Origin: an uncultured Desulfobacter sp. | GTDB taxonomy: Bacteria; Desulfobacterota; Desulfobacteria; Desulfobacterales; Desulfobacteraceae | NCBI GenBank assembly: GCA_963665095.1 | Contig: OY762069.1 | Coordinates: 5,344,001 to 5,408,000 of the forward strand | Direction: 5' to 3' | DNA length: 64,000 bases | Shown here: one piece after another, positions 19,461 to 29,339 of the stretch | Layout of the letters: every line of letters starts with the position of its first letter | How positions within the stretch are numbered: position 1 is the first letter of the stretch | Made by a program: the position numbers and the translations under genes | Notes under the pieces: model-generated | What the model saw: the letters and a program-made list of their open reading frames with translations, nothing else | Database searches by the model: none | Told to the model about the DNA's origin: nothing

Positions 19461-21554
19461 TCAGATCCTGCCTGCAATTTTTTGGGCCCGGGCCATACGG
19501 GCGGCATCCAGTTGCTGACGGGTAATACCATCCTGTTTATACAAGGCATCTTCATTGGCCCACAATACCCCGTGCCACCTGGCATAAAAATGTATGGCAT
19601 CCTCGGCTGTTGTGTTGGCTGCAGGGCCTTTTTTTAACAGTTGAAGGTCTGGAAGGAAAATGGATGCCCGGGTGTCTTTCGTTTCGAACCCTGCTTTCAG
19701 GCACAGATCCATCAGGGCGTTGGCGCCTGTTCTGGGTGAAAAACCACCAAGGTCTGAGAAAAAAGTTCTGGACAGGCAAACCAGGTGGTCCAACATCATA
19801 AAGGCCCGCTCAATATTTGCCTGGGGAAACCTGTGGTCCAGGTGCTGATATGCGGATACCGGGGCGTTATTTGTGTTCAGAATAATGCCTGCATGGATGA
19901 TGCTGCCAAAGGCGTTTATTACTTTACCGCCAAATATTTTATGGGCCCCATAAGTTGAAAAGGCCTTGTTCAATGCGGTCAGCCAATGGGGCATAGGAGA
20001 TACCAGTTCCGTAAAGATGGCAATTTTTTCCCCCCTCATGGCCTGTACCGCTTGATTGTTTATTGTTTCCCATATGTTCTGACTTTGGCCCACTTTTATC
20101 CGGATCACATCCCCTGAAAGAGAGTCAAGGATGACAGATATTTCCGGGCTGATGTTTTCGGGTTCAATTAAAAGGACTTCGTAGTTTCCCTGTCCTTCGG
20201 AGTGTCTGGTAACACTTTCCAGCTGAAATAAAAAATCATCGGGCCTGCCGGCTGGTACCGGAATGACCAGGGTCCATTCATAGGCGGCAGGTTCAGGAAA
20301 GGTCAGCGGGGTTATCTGCACCCCGGCCGATGCCTGGATGGCTGTTTGCATGATATTAATGATCCGGTCATCCGCCCCAATGGTATGGGTGAGTTCATTC
20401 TTAAGAAAAATGTCAATGGCCTCAACGGACAGGTCTTTTTTAAAATCTGCTTTTTGGGCCAGCTGTTCTCCTAATTTTTCCGGGGTCATTTCAAAGGCCA
20501 CGCCCTGATCCACAAAGGAATAGGGCGTTTCGGTCCCGGACAGGCCGCTGAGCTGAACCAGGGGTTTTCCCAAGGCAATGGCTTCGATGCCTGTGGTGGA
20601 GGGGGCGGCCAGTACGCAGACATCCGAAGCAGACATTAAATCATAGGCAGTGTACTCCCCGTGGACCAGTACCAGGCTTTTGCGCCAGGGCTTTGGCACG
20701 GCCGATTCCCACGCCTCGTACGTGGGATATTTGCAGGCCGGATGAAATTTAATAATCATCTTTACATGGGTCAGTCTGGCAACACGTTCCAGCAATGGCG
20801 CAATTTGTTTATGATCCGGTGGTGTGGATGTGAATATGAGCAACGGCACCAGCTTGCCGTTGAGTTTTAGCTCTTTTCTCATTTTCTGCCGGATATTGTT
20901 TTGCGTCTGGTACTCTTTTTCTCTGGAAATATGGGTGTTGCCCACGGGAATAATCCGTTCCACCGGGGCCTCGTAATCACTGAACTTTTTTTTGATCCGT
21001 TCTCCCCAGACCAGATCCAGGGTTGAGTACTGGACATGCCCGGTATAGCCGAAACTTTGATTATAGCCCAGCCCCTCCTGCAGGGATATAAACGGCACAT
21101 TGAATTTTTTGGCCCAGAATGCCAGGGTCTTGCCCCACCGATTCAGTTCGTGCAATGCAAAACACAAATCCGGTTTTTCATCCCGGATCATATTCCTGAA
21201 ACCAATATATTCCTGGGCCATGGCGTAAAGGGTTTTATCCGTCACCGTCACCATCTGCGCGGCCAGGGCAAAATCACTGCACAGGGCTTTGCTGAAAACC
21301 CGGCGTTCCCTGAGATAGTTCTCCTGGACCTCCTGAAAATCATTTTCATCCAGATAATCAAATACATGGGCATAGTTAAGCCGGCATTCCACTGCTGTGA
21401 TCTCCTGGCTGCGCTCTGCCTGGGCCACCACATAACGGGTATCCGCCCCCAGTTGTGACAATTTTTCCATGACCGGAATAATGAATCGGGTATGGTGCTT
21501 TAATGCCACATAGGCGATGATCTTTTTATCTTTCCAGAAATGATCCTTATTCAT
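19461..21554 (-). CDS. Two-domain glycosyltransferase-like protein (GT-B / sialyltransferase-like plus degenerate GT2)
   Basis: LQEG, LVWGE, VGNT, IKFHP, LMSASDV...STTGIEAIALGKP (GT-B); C-terminal half has WL.AL, GGKVIN..GSIIHAGI, LGGF (GT2-like). Confidence 0.6.
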   Translation of the reverse strand: MNKDHFWKDKKIIAYVALKHHTRFIIPVMEKLSQLGADTRYVVAQAERSQEITAVECRLNYAHVFDYLDENDFQEVQENYLRERRVFSKALCSDFALAAQMVTVTDKTLYAMAQEYIGFRNMIRDEKPDLCFALHELNRWGKTLAFWAKKFNVPFISLQEGLGYNQSFGYTGHVQYSTLDLVWGERIKKKFSDYEAPVERIIPVGNTHISREKEYQTQNNIRQKMRKELKLNGKLVPLLIFTSTPPDHKQIAPLLERVARLTHVKMIIKFHPACKYPTYEAWESAVPKPWRKSLVLVHGEYTAYDLMSASDVCVLAAPSTTGIEAIALGKPLVQLSGLSGTETPYSFVDQGVAFEMTPEKLGEQLAQKADFKKDLSVEAIDIFLKNELTHTIGADDRIINIMQTAIQASAGVQITPLTFPEPAAYEWTLVIPVPAGRPDDFLFQLESVTRHSEGQGNYEVLLIEPENISPEISVILDSLSGDVIRIKVGQSQNIWETINNQAVQAMRGEKIAIFTELVSPMPHWLTALNKAFSTYGAHKIFGGKVINAFGSIIHAGIILNTNNAPVSAYQHLDHRFPQANIERAFMMLDHLVCLSRTFFSDLGGFSPRTGANALMDLCLKAGFETKDTRASIFLPDLQLLKKGPAANTTAEDAIHFYARWHGVLWANEDALYKQDGITRQQLDAARMARAQKIAGRI

Positions 21555-22746
21555 TGGGGGTTCCTTTTCCGCGCATAGGGGTCAGATGCCTTTTGGAGAT
21601 ATCAATAAGAATATATGACAGTTCCGTTTCCTGATTATGGCGGGTAATGATCTCTTTGACATGGCTGGTCAAGGCCGGTACGGATTTGATCCAGATTTTA
21701 TATCCTTCCCTGTTTTCAGGAACCATGGGGTCGTAAATAATGGTGGGGATGCTTAACGCCGAAGAAACTTCCGTACTGTAACAGTCTGCACAGGCCACCA
21801 CCGCATCTGCCATGGTAATGTCTGCCGGACGGTTCATGTCATGGAAGGAGTAGGAAAAAAAGGGCAGTTCTTCTCTGCATACGGTTTCAATGGTCTGCTG
21901 ATGGGTGTGAGCGCCCCGTACCTGGTCTTTGCCGTAGGAAAACATCAGATGAAGGTGTTTGCCCATGGGGGTGAGATGGCGCAGCAGGTCTTTATATTCG
22001 TAGGTCATGGCCACATTGTGGGGAATAAAAACAAGGGTTTTATTTTCAGGGATATCACGGGCCTGGTACCGCAGCCCCATGCTTTTCCGCCACAGGGGAT
22101 GGGTGGCCGGGGAGAAAAAGCGCCCTTCAAACTTCGGGATGCGCCAGATGCGGCTGTGAATGTCGGCGGCAGGGCTGTTCAGATAGTCATAGCTCTCGTT
22201 GCGGGTGGTAATCAGGCCGTCCATTAAAGAGGGGACCAGGGTCCACCGGGTGGTTAGGGACATCAGTTCATACCCCACAATGGGAACCCTGTTTATTTTA
22301 GCAAGATGGACCCACGCATAAAAAATTCTCTCTTCATTGGTTGCAGAGCCTAACGGGGTCGGCATCTGGATGACGATACCTGCCACATTTTTTTCATTGG
22401 GTGCCTGGATCAGTGTCTGGAAAAGGTTGCCGCTGCCAAGGTCATCCAGCAACAGCGCCTGCCAGAATTTCAGGCCGTGGGAAAAGTCATTGTCACCAAG
22501 CTGGGCCTGCTTTCGGCAGTATCCCTCATAGGAGTTGGACTTTTGTCCGGAGGATACACCAAAAACAGCAGGGTTGAGAATTGACACCTGTTTCAGTGTC
22601 TGGGGATAAATTTCCGGTACCAGAAATTTTAATGTCAGAAATTCTTTTGTCCGCCGCTGAATCAATTCGAAAAAATCAATAAGATTGGGCGTGACCTGGT
22701 TGTCCTGCAGCACCCAGTAAACAGTTGGCTTATGTGTCTGTGTCAT
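21547..22746 (-). CDS. Hypothetical protein, GT-B-like C-terminus
   Basis: Long ORF overlapping the start of the next gene; ADAVV...STEVSSALSIPTII resembles a GT-B nucleotide-binding end; start uncertain (track gives 22800). Confidence 0.45.
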   Translation of the reverse strand: MTQTHKPTVYWVLQDNQVTPNLIDFFELIQRRTKEFLTLKFLVPEIYPQTLKQVSILNPAVFGVSSGQKSNSYEGYCRKQAQLGDNDFSHGLKFWQALLLDDLGSGNLFQTLIQAPNEKNVAGIVIQMPTPLGSATNEERIFYAWVHLAKINRVPIVGYELMSLTTRWTLVPSLMDGLITTRNESYDYLNSPAADIHSRIWRIPKFEGRFFSPATHPLWRKSMGLRYQARDIPENKTLVFIPHNVAMTYEYKDLLRHLTPMGKHLHLMFSYGKDQVRGAHTHQQTIETVCREELPFFSYSFHDMNRPADITMADAVVACADCYSTEVSSALSIPTIIYDPMVPENREGYKIWIKSVPALTSHVKEIITRHNQETELSYILIDISKRHLTPMRGKGTPNE

Positions 22747-23013
22747 GGTGAAACCGATTATTCGCAGATTTAGGGTGAATATTTTTGTACGGTGCCTCAT
22801 CCTGCCATAATTTGGTTCGGCTTTTCAAGACATTAAAAACACTAGTTGACGCACTGCGGCCTTTAAAGTTCAGGCCAAAGGAAAAATCAGTTGTATTCAT
22901 ATGGGGCATAAAATATAACCAGTACATCTTGGTCATGCGGTCTGTGCGGCCTGTTTGGAAAAGTCCCGGTTCATCCGCAGCCGGGCAGTGCCAGGTCTCG
23001 AAAGGATAATAAC

Positions 23014-24012
23014 ATGAATGGAAAAGTCGTACTAATTACCGGAGGAACAGGCTCCTTTGGGAAACAATGCGTCCGGATGATCCTTGACCGCTATCGTCCC
23101 AAAAAGCTGATTGTCTTCAGCCGGGATGAGCTCAAGCAGTTTGAAATGCAGCAGGTGTTTCCGGCCCGGAAAAATGAATGCCTGAGATATTTTATCGGGG
23201 ATGTCAGGGACAAAGACCGGCTGTACAGGGCATTTTCCGATGTGGACATTGTCATCCATGCGGCTGCCATGAAACAGGTGCCGGCTGCCGAGTACAACCC
23301 CTTTGAGGCGGTAAAAACAAATATTATCGGTGCCCAGAACGTTATTGATGCCGCCATTGATCAGAATGTACAGAAGGTGATTGCCCTGAGCACAGATAAG
23401 GCAGCCAATCCGGTCAACCTTTACGGTGCGACTAAACTTTGCTCGGACAAAATTTTTATTGCGGGAAATTCTTACACCGGCACCAGGGTGAAGACCATAT
23501 TCAGCGTTGTCCGGTACGGCAATGTGATCGGCAGCCGCGGCAGTGTGATCCCCTTTTTCCTTGAACAACGGAAGACCGGCGTGCTGCCGGTAACCGATCC
23601 GAGAATGACACGATTCTGGATTACCTTGGAGCAGGCCGTCAATTTTGTCCTTTTGTGTCTGGGGCGGATGATTGGCGGGGAGTTGTTCGTCCCGAAACTG
23701 CCAAGTATGAATATTGCGGATCTGGCAACAGCTGTCTGTCCTGCCTGCCGGCAGGAGATCATCGGCATCCGGCCGGGAGAAAAGCTGCATGAGGTGATGA
23801 TCCCGGCGGATGAATCCAGGATGGTAATCGCGTTTGATGACTATTACGTGATACAGCCGGATTTAAGTTTTTTTAATAAAGGTAACATCCCATGTGACGG
23901 AAATCATGGCCCTGTACCGGATGGTTTTGAATACAGCTCCGGGACCAATCCTGATTTTTTGAGTGTGGCCCGGATGCAGACGCTTATTCAACAGGTTGCC
24001 GGATATAAATGA
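23014..24012 (+). CDS. pseB: UDP-GlcNAc 4,6-dehydratase (inverting)
   Basis: GGTGSFG, SRDELKQFEM, HAAAMKQVPAAEYNPFE, STDKAANPVNLYGATK, RYGNVIGSRGSVIP, GIRPGEKLHE. Confidence 0.95.
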   Translation: MNGKVVLITGGTGSFGKQCVRMILDRYRPKKLIVFSRDELKQFEMQQVFPARKNECLRYFIGDVRDKDRLYRAFSDVDIVIHAAAMKQVPAAEYNPFEAVKTNIIGAQNVIDAAIDQNVQKVIALSTDKAANPVNLYGATKLCSDKIFIAGNSYTGTRVKTIFSVVRYGNVIGSRGSVIPFFLEQRKTGVLPVTDPRMTRFWITLEQAVNFVLLCLGRMIGGELFVPKLPSMNIADLATAVCPACRQEIIGIRPGEKLHEVMIPADESRMVIAFDDYYVIQPDLSFFNKGNIPCDGNHGPVPDGFEYSSGTNPDFLSVARMQTLIQQVAGYK

Positions 24013-24713
24013 CCATGGGGCCTATTGCCGTTATTCCGGCCAGGGGCGGGTCCAGGCGGTTGCCCAGGAAGAATATTCTGCCTGTTTTAGGACGGCCCAT
24101 GCTGTCCTACCCGATAAAGGCGGCGTTGGACAGCGGGTGTTTTGATCAGGTAATTGTTTCCACCGAGGATGAAGAGATCCGGAAGGTTGCCCTGGCTGCC
24201 GGTGCCCGGGTAATGGACCGTTCTGAACATCTTGCCCGGGACAGAGCCACGGTTACTCAGGTCTGTCTTGACCTGCTGGCTCGCCTGACACAGGCGGCTG
24301 AATGTCCGGAGTGGATCTGCTGCATTTATGCCACGGCAGTATTCGTCACACCGGCTGATATCAGAAGGGCCTTTGAAACCAGGCAGAAATTTCCCAGGGC
24401 CAGCAGTATCATGGGGGTGTCCGGGTTCAATCTTCAACCCCTTCAAGCCCTTCAGGAAGACGGGGATGGTTTTTTAAAGCCTATATGGCAGGAGTACCAG
24501 CTTCAATCCCAGTTTCACCCGGAACTTGTGGCCAGCAACGGCACCCTTTACTGGGTAAAAACAGATGCACTGATGCAGCAGCAAAGTTTTTATACAGATA
24601 ATCTCATTGGATATAACATCCCCTGGATCCGGGCCATTGATCTGGATACGCCGGAAGATTATGATATTGCCTGCCGGATAGCGCCTTTATTTCTTGAGGG
24701 CGTAGACGATTGA
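24009..24713 (+). CDS. pseF: CMP-nonulosonate synthetase (pseudaminic acid cytidylyltransferase)
   Basis: IPARGGSRRLPRKNI, VSTEDEEI, CIYATA, IDLDTPEDY; ATGA overlap with pseB. Confidence 0.88.
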   Translation: MTMGPIAVIPARGGSRRLPRKNILPVLGRPMLSYPIKAALDSGCFDQVIVSTEDEEIRKVALAAGARVMDRSEHLARDRATVTQVCLDLLARLTQAAECPEWICCIYATAVFVTPADIRRAFETRQKFPRASSIMGVSGFNLQPLQALQEDGDGFLKPIWQEYQLQSQFHPELVASNGTLYWVKTDALMQQQSFYTDNLIGYNIPWIRAIDLDTPEDYDIACRIAPLFLEGVDD

Positions 24714-25370
24714 AAATGCTTCGGCAAATTCAAATCCAGAACTGCTGCCCCGCATCCGGGCCAGGGCTTTGAGGGCTTCCGGAGAGCGCGGATGGGGGGA
24801 AGACCTTGCTTCGCTTTGGTACGCTGCCATGGCCTTTAATTTTGTCTCGATATTCGTGGTGATATTCATGAACAGGCTGGGTGTAAAGGGAGGGCTGAGC
24901 CGGTCAAATGCCCATTCTGTAGCGGAGGGGGTTTCGTAAGTGACAAGGGCATGGACCGGGGAGTCTTTCATTGGCCGGATGGCCGTCAGCGTAGCCCTGG
25001 ATGTGATGGTGTGATCAATGTTCAAATCCCCGCCATGGTGAGTGAAGACCGTTCGTGGTTGTAAGCTACGGACATATGATTCAATGGTTTTCACGATGTC
25101 CAGCAATGGCACGGTATCAAACCGGTTATCCGGGAAAGATTCAAAGGAGATGCTGGCTGCCCCCAGGATTTTGGCGGCATTTTCAGCATCTTCCTGCAGT
25201 TTTCGGACGGCGGCATCCTCTTCCGGCTGTGTCGTGCCGCCGCGTGAACGAATACCTTCTCCAAGAATAAGAATATGCGCGTCCGTGTTCTGCTCGGCGC
25301 ATTTGGCAATGGTTCCGCCGCACCCTAAGGTTTCATCATCCGGGTGTGCTGCAATGATTAAGACAGCCAT
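24687..25370 (-). CDS. PIG-L / LmbE family N-deacetylase
   Basis: AHPDDETLGCGG, FPDNRFD, THHGGDLNIDH, YETPSATEW, PHPRS, AEAF. Confidence 0.92.
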   Translation of the reverse strand: MAVLIIAAHPDDETLGCGGTIAKCAEQNTDAHILILGEGIRSRGGTTQPEEDAAVRKLQEDAENAAKILGAASISFESFPDNRFDTVPLLDIVKTIESYVRSLQPRTVFTHHGGDLNIDHTITSRATLTAIRPMKDSPVHALVTYETPSATEWAFDRLSPPFTPSLFMNITTNIETKLKAMAAYQSEARSSPHPRSPEALKALARMRGSSSGFEFAEAFSIVYALKK

Positions 25371-25421
25371 AAAATTCTCCTCAGTAAAAAGGGGAGCATA
25401 ACCAAAAGAGCCATAACTTGC

Positions 25422-26114
25422 TTAAGATTTATTTTTAAACGTGATGGTAACATCAGCCTCTACCCTGCCTTTTTTTAATGCTGCCCTGGAAAATTCCAGC
25501 CGGAGAGAATCTGTTTCCAGAAATGCTTTCGGGTACGTTTCAGCGTCCAGCATCCTTATATAGTCAAACACCTCATTAAGAGACTTGAGTGCTGAGATAT
25601 CTCCCTGTTCCGGTCGTCTGCGCTGGAACCAGACCGGCTCTCCTGACTGTGGAACGGGCTGGGGGCTGGTTTTAACAATTTCAACTATCATCTCCTCAAC
25701 CACGGTTTCCGCACGGATATAGATCTCTTCTGCGCTTCCGTGAAGTGATAACGGCTTTTTAAGATAGACCGGGCCTGCATCAATACCCTTCCCGCATTTG
25801 ATTGCACTGATTTGTGTTGTGTAAATCCCCCTTGAAATCAGATTTTGAAGGGGGGAACCGCCCCTGCCAAAGGGAAGATCCGTCATGTGGAAAATAATGC
25901 ACTCATAGTTTTCATAAATGCCGGGTTCAATGATATAAGACCAGTGGGTGAAGAAAATAATATCCGGGTTGATCTGTTCCAGACGGGCAGGCGTCAGTTC
26001 TGCTTTGTCTGTGATCAGGACGGTGTCTGCTTCTGTTTTTTTAGCAAGATTGTCTGTTATGGCCAGGGTCCAGTTTTGGCTGGCAGCAATGATATAGGTT
26101 TGCCGGTGGTTCAT
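25422..26114 (-). CDS. Sugar N-formyltransferase (methionyl-tRNA formyltransferase family)
   Basis: FFTHWSYII, IFHMTDLPFGRGGSPLQNLI, GIDAGPVY, IRMLDAETYP; likely start MNHRQ at 26114. Confidence 0.85.
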   Translation of the reverse strand: MNHRQTYIIAASQNWTLAITDNLAKKTEADTVLITDKAELTPARLEQINPDIIFFTHWSYIIEPGIYENYECIIFHMTDLPFGRGGSPLQNLISRGIYTTQISAIKCGKGIDAGPVYLKKPLSLHGSAEEIYIRAETVVEEMIVEIVKTSPQPVPQSGEPVWFQRRRPEQGDISALKSLNEVFDYIRMLDAETYPKAFLETDSLRLEFSRAALKKGRVEADVTITFKNKS

Positions 26115-26323
26115 TTGATCATGGCCTTGATAAATTCGGTGGAAGAAATTATTGAAAAGAATCATAAGCAGTTTGATGTTTAAAATCAATGAAACATTCG
26201 TAGTGTGTGTCAGACCCATGCCATGGAATGCACGCTGTAAAATGATTGATCCCATATTATCGTCTGACATCAGGTCTGGTGCGTCACCCTGCATTTTAGC
26301 ATAGACTGGAAAAAGGAATTACT

Positions 26324-27373
26324 ATGGCCATGTTTATTGATTCATTTGAAATCGGTTCCCGCACATTTATCGTGGCTGAATTGTCTGCAAACCATGGCGG
26401 CAGCATTGAGACAGCCAAAAGAACAATCAAAGCGGCAAAGGAGGCCGGAGCCGATGCAGTAAAGATTCAGACATATACTGCAGACACCATGACTATAGAT
26501 TCGGATAACCCCTGTTTTATTCTTAATGAAGGCACCATCTGGGATGGCCGCAGTTTCTACAGTCTTTACCAGGAAGCGTTTACACCCTGGGAGTGGCAAA
26601 AGGCGTTGATGGATTATGCAAAGCACCTAGGCCTGGTTTTTTTTTCCACCCCCTTTGATAAAACGGCTGTTGACTTCCTGGAAGATTTAGGAACCCCGGC
26701 GTACAAGGTAGCGTCATTTGAGATTGTGGATATTCCGCTCATCGAATATATGGCATCCATGGGCAAACCCATAATGATATCCACCGGCATTGCAGGATTT
26801 GTTGATATCGAGCTGGCCGTAGATACCTGTCGGAAGGCTGGTAACGATCAGATTATCCTGCTGGCGTGTACCTCCTCTTATCCGGCTCAGATAGCGGACG
26901 CCAATTTAAACATGCTTCCCCATATGAAAAAGACGTTTGGCGTGGAAGTGGGCCTGTCCGACCACACCGCCGGAGATATTGTGCCTGTGACGGCTGTGGC
27001 ATTGGGGGCAAAGGTGGTTGAAAAGCATTTTATTCTGGATAAATCCGTGGGCGGCCCGGATGCTTTTTTTTCAATGCTTCCCCATGAGTTTGCCCGGATG
27101 GCCCAACGCATCCGGCAGGCGGAAGACGCCCTGGGCAGGGTTGACTACAGCATAACGGCGCAAAAAAAAAGAAGCCGCCTTCATGGCCGTTCCCTTTTCG
27201 CTATAAAGGATATCCGGCAGGGGGAACAGTTCACCCCGGAGAATGTGCGATCCATCCGCCCGGGATATGGCCTGCCGCCCAAGGAGATGGGAAAGGTGCT
27301 GGGTGCAAGGGCATCACAGGATATTAAGAGAGGAACACCGCTTGGCTGGCAGCTGATAACGCCGGTGGCCTGA
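26324..27373 (+). CDS. pseI: Pseudaminic acid synthase
   Basis: AELSANHGG, ADAVKIQTYTADTMTID, LYQEAFTPWEW, YKVASFEIVDIPLI, CTSSYPA, C-terminal SAF domain NVRSIRPGYGL. Confidence 0.92.
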   Translation: MAMFIDSFEIGSRTFIVAELSANHGGSIETAKRTIKAAKEAGADAVKIQTYTADTMTIDSDNPCFILNEGTIWDGRSFYSLYQEAFTPWEWQKALMDYAKHLGLVFFSTPFDKTAVDFLEDLGTPAYKVASFEIVDIPLIEYMASMGKPIMISTGIAGFVDIELAVDTCRKAGNDQIILLACTSSYPAQIADANLNMLPHMKKTFGVEVGLSDHTAGDIVPVTAVALGAKVVEKHFILDKSVGGPDAFFSMLPHEFARMAQRIRQAEDALGRVDYSITAQKKRSRLHGRSLFAIKDIRQGEQFTPENVRSIRPGYGLPPKEMGKVLGARASQDIKRGTPLGWQLITPVA

Positions 27374-27434
27374 ATTCCTCACAGGAACCTTTGCGTCCAA
27401 ACACTAAATAAAACAGCGGCCGGGAGATTGAGGT

Positions 27435-28262
27435 ATGGGTTACACGATTAATGCAGATGAAGTGCAAATAGGCAGATATGTCACCATAGAAGATGGTGTG
27501 TTTATTGGTGATAAACAGGGGGGTAACTGCAAGAAAGTCATTATCGGTGACGGGGTGTTCCTCGGTAAAAATTCCCGGTTTTTTTTGCCGAGCCTGGAAA
27601 TTGGAGACTATACCACCATTAACAATACGGCTTTTGGCAGTGGGGACAAGGCGTGCATCATAGGCAGTTGCTGCTGGTTTGGTCAGAATTGCATCCTGGA
27701 TTCCGAAGGGGGGCTGGAAATACATAACGGCGTCGGGGTGGGGGCATATTCCCAGTTGTGGAGTCATATCCTGTTCGGGGATACATTACAGGGCTGCAAC
27801 TGGGACCAAAAAAAAAGGCTGATTGTTGAAGATGATGTCTGGTTTGTGGGACATTGCATTGTTTCTCCTGTTCATGCCTATAAAAAAAGCATGGCCCTGG
27901 CAGGTACTGTGGTGACCAGGGATATGCAGGAGAACCATATCTATGCAGGTACGCCGGCAAAGGATGTGACATCTGTCCTGGGACATCAGTTCAATGAGCG
28001 GCATGTGGAAGAGAAGTTTGATATCCTTTGTGAGAAATACAAGGCATTTCTTCTGGAAAACCCTGATCTGCAGTCCCAGGCGGACAAAATTCAAATTGTT
28101 GCAGATGCGGGTGGTATAGAAAACATGGAAGGGGTGACCTATTTTAACGTGGCTGACCGGACGTACAATAAACTGCTGACAGAGATTGAGCACAGGTTTA
28201 TGAAGTACTTGCTTGTTCAGATTAAATTCTTTGACAGAAACAGGCAAGAATCCTTCATGTAG
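27435..28262 (+). CDS. Hexapeptide-repeat (left-handed beta-helix) acyltransferase
   Basis: IGRYVTIEDGVFIG, IGDGVFLG, IGSCCWFG, VEDDVWF, VVTRDM...YAGTPAK. Confidence 0.85.
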   Translation: MGYTINADEVQIGRYVTIEDGVFIGDKQGGNCKKVIIGDGVFLGKNSRFFLPSLEIGDYTTINNTAFGSGDKACIIGSCCWFGQNCILDSEGGLEIHNGVGVGAYSQLWSHILFGDTLQGCNWDQKKRLIVEDDVWFVGHCIVSPVHAYKKSMALAGTVVTRDMQENHIYAGTPAKDVTSVLGHQFNERHVEEKFDILCEKYKAFLLENPDLQSQADKIQIVADAGGIENMEGVTYFNVADRTYNKLLTEIEHRFMKYLLVQIKFFDRNRQESFM

Positions 28263-29301
28263 GGCCTGCACCCCTCAAGTGTGAAATCACTCTTTTTCTC
28301 CCCCGGCCGTCAATCAGCCTGGCGCAATTTTGGGTGATTTGGTCTTTTAACGAGGTATCTTGTAACAGAGCAGATGCTTTCTTTGAAATGTCGCCGGCGG
28401 ATAAATCCGTATGCCTGCCGGCATTTATTCCTGCGCCGCTTTGAGCTATCTGCGCCATGGACAGGGCCTGGTTGTCTGCAGTGACAATAAACAGGGATGG
28501 AATTTGCATATATAAAAGTTCCCAGGCAGTACTGCCGCCTGCTGACACAGCAATATCCGCCCACAACATAAGCCCAGGCATATCAGTGGCGTTGGTAATG
28601 ATCTGGCAGGTGTGTGCGGATTTAGCAGCTTCCCTGTGAATGAGGTGGCCGTTTTGATTGCCGGGCCCCAGAACTATTTTGATATTCAGCGTTTGTTTTT
28701 GCAAGTGATCCAGCGCAGTCAGAACTTTTAATGTCACGTTGTCCGGATCTGTCCCCCCCATTGTAACAAGTACATTGGCAGGGCTTCCTATCCGTTGCCT
28801 TTTCTGCCTGTTTGCAGTTAAAAATTCATCCCTTAACATAATAAAATCTGGTCCGGATAGAGTAATCGTATCCGGCAGTGTTTTATAAACAAATTTATGT
28901 GCCCCCAGGTTTTGATTCAATATGATATCTGCATGGTAAAAAGGCAGGTGGTTATAGTCATCAATGATCAGCAGTTTGATTCCGGCAGCTTTTATTGTTT
29001 CATGGTAATCCGGCAGAAAGTGATAACCATCTACCACAAGGGCTGTGGCTGCTTTTTTTTTTGTAATCGAAACTATGGTTTCGATGTCCATTGGGTCGGG
29101 ATAGGGTTTGTCAATCAGGCATATGTTAAAGTTTAAGGCTTTTAATCTTTCAATCAGTGCGTCATTGGGGAGAGAGGAAACAAACGTGACCTTTCCGTTC
29201 TGTTTCTCCCATTCCTGTGCAAGGGAGATGCAGCGCATAATGTGTCCGGTGCCCATTTGTTTATCTGCATCGGCCCTGATGATAAGCGTTTGTTTTTCCA
29301 T
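28255..29301 (-). CDS. pseG: UDP-2,4-diacetamido-2,4,6-trideoxy-beta-L-altropyranose hydrolase
   Basis: IRADA...GTGHIMRC.SLA, VVDGYH, IIDD, LNQN, LRDEF, MGGTDP, SAGGST.WE, ADNQ, IDGRG. Confidence 0.9.
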   Translation of the reverse strand: MEKQTLIIRADADKQMGTGHIMRCISLAQEWEKQNGKVTFVSSLPNDALIERLKALNFNICLIDKPYPDPMDIETIVSITKKKAATALVVDGYHFLPDYHETIKAAGIKLLIIDDYNHLPFYHADIILNQNLGAHKFVYKTLPDTITLSGPDFIMLRDEFLTANRQKRQRIGSPANVLVTMGGTDPDNVTLKVLTALDHLQKQTLNIKIVLGPGNQNGHLIHREAAKSAHTCQIITNATDMPGLMLWADIAVSAGGSTAWELLYMQIPSLFIVTADNQALSMAQIAQSGAGINAGRHTDLSAGDISKKASALLQDTSLKDQITQNCARLIDGRGRKRVISHLRGAGPT

Positions 29302-29339
29302 TTTTTTTGCGGAAGGGTGGTGATGTGTCCCTTTGCTTA

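Noticed and set aside
26115..26294. N-terminal extensions given by the ORF track (also at 32049, 45830, 58060, 620)
   Set aside because: They precede the family-typical starts and better RBS-ATG pairs exist downstream.
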